From: Hypanus sabinus
Taxonomy: Eukaryota
Length of the DNA: 64,000 nucleotides
Reading direction: 5' to 3'
NCBI RefSeq assembly: GCF_030144855.1
Contig: NC_082721.1
Location: forward strand, 23,064,001-23,128,000
Under the pieces are notes generated by a model. That model was given only the letters and a program-made list of their open reading frames with translations. It did not search any database and had not been told where the DNA came from. Positions within the stretch are counted from its first letter, which is position 1; each line of letters starts with the position of its first letter. Positions 62,471 to 64,000 of the stretch are shown here, piece after piece. A program made the position numbers and the translations under genes.

Positions 62471-64000
62471 GAATCTAATCAAGTCTTAATTTTATAATTT
62501 GGCGCCAGTTTAGTAAAACTAGAAACAAGTTGAGCTAACATAACTTGAGGAGCGTGGAGGGAATACAGACATCTATTACAGTCATAGAGTCATAGAGCAA
62601 TACAGCCCAAAACAGGCCTTTCGGCCCATCTAGTCCATGGTGAACTGTTATTCTGCCTCGTCCCATCAACCTGCAGCTGGACCATAGCCCTCCATACCCC
62701 TCCCATTCACCCATTGATGGGTAGTTAATTATTGCCCAGAGCAACAGGGGAAAAAAAACCTTATTGTTGATTCCCAGAGAGCTTCAATGCCTCTGAGTAC
62801 ATAAGCTTCCTGTCCCTGAAAGGCTTTTGATTGTTTTGGCCTACGTTGACCAATTAATCCGCACTGTTAATTGATTCGCATGGGTGCAAATTCCCTTCTT
62901 CACAATGAGTGCACGTTCTCATCGGGCTCCTGAGGAAACTTCATGAGCCAGTTCGGGAGAGGAGAAAAGCACAAGCGGAGCCCACATTCACAGTAAAAAA
63001 CATCAATTTGAAAACCTCTTCTAATAAGTCACAAATATTTTTACTAGTGTATTGGTCTAAAACCTCCTCACAGAACAGAGTGGGTCAGAGGTAAATCAGA
63101 GAGAAAAAAAAACATTAAACAGGTGTTTGCATCGTCCAACTCATAACATGAGCATTACTTTAGACATTACTCACAAGCTAACCATGTACACTGCCATGTT
63201 GTACTGTGGTTCATTTCTGGCTCAGACTGATACTTATTTTTAAAGAATTTCTCTAAAACGTTTCACTGCTCATTGGACCTTTCTCATAACTCAACCCGAC
63301 GTGTGCTCCAATTGGCCGTTCTAGTGTCATCTGAGATCGTTGTGTGTTAACAGAATGTCTGTAAAAGACTATTATGAATATACACGATTAAAAAATTGAC
63401 TTAGCAAGTATCACCTGTAAATGACGGTGGGAGTTTCACGACCAATAAACGGCAGTTGCAATTTTGGCTCTGGAAACATAGTGGCCAATTTGCCCGCAGC
63501 AAACCTCAATGAGGAGGCAAATCTATACTTCAGGATCAAAATCAGGTTTAATACCACCAGCAAATGTTGTGAAATTTGTTGTCTTTGCAGCAGCAGTACT
63601 TTGCAATACATAATAGACCAAAGCAAAACCCTGTGAATGTTGTGAATTGCGCACTGTGAAAAAGACGTATTATTTAGGGGATGAGGTGTTAAACCGAGGT
63701 CCTGCTGACTTTTTCAGGTGGGCCTTAAAGATCCATGGAAAAAGGGCTGGAAAGTTATCCCTAATATTTATCCCTCAATCCAGAATGGGGCAGGCTGCAG
63801 GGCAATAAAGTTAGGACATAGATAAAGTGAAATCCTTCATTCAGAAGGCAGAGAACCTGCGCAATTCCTTACTGCAATGAACAGTAGCGGCAGAGCTACT
63901 TATTTTTAAGGAAATGGATAGACTCGAAATGAATCAAGAGCTATGAGTAGAGAGTGGGACTGTGGGTTGGTTAGCCATGATTGTGCTGAACAGCCGACTA

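Noticed and set aside
62780-63000. Possible conserved non-coding element with TAAT sites, or gadd45b exons
   Set aside because: No GADD45 coding similarity was seen, and the motif content alone is not distinguishable from chance without alignments.

Overview
This is vertebrate genomic DNA, and the repeat landscape (CR1, Rex/Babar, Penelope-like, V-SINE, Tc1) suggests a cartilaginous fish such as a ray (inference). The only host gene supported is a G-protein gamma subunit, best matching GNG7. It is 68 aa with a CAAX end (CIIL) and has two coding exons, 4040-4120 and 25543-25668, on the + strand; the ORF track missed both. Its 21.4 kb intron holds nested transposons, and a long repeat-poor stretch after the stop codon is probably the 3' UTR. 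Four observations stand out. (1) Many short Penelope-derived insertions, several with 7-14 bp target-site duplications, share a consensus that folds into a minimal type I hammerhead ribozyme (CAGTC-CTGATGA-A-GGGTCTCGGCCC-GAAA-CGTC-GACTG). One older remnant sits about 80 nt upstream of the last GNG7 exon. (2) A very young Gypsy element has apparently identical 215-bp LTRs, a tRNA-Trp PBS and an in-frame internal deletion. This fuses the Gag N-terminus to the RT C-terminus at the YxDD motif (now HLDD) and leaves an 808-aa open ORF with RNase H and integrase. (3) An out-of-frame uORF overlaps the GNG7 start codon. (4) A repeat-free island at about 58.8-59.7 kb is dense in Smad, STAT and NF-kB-like motifs. 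Coordinates of old repeats are approximate, and all identifications were made by eye with no searches run.
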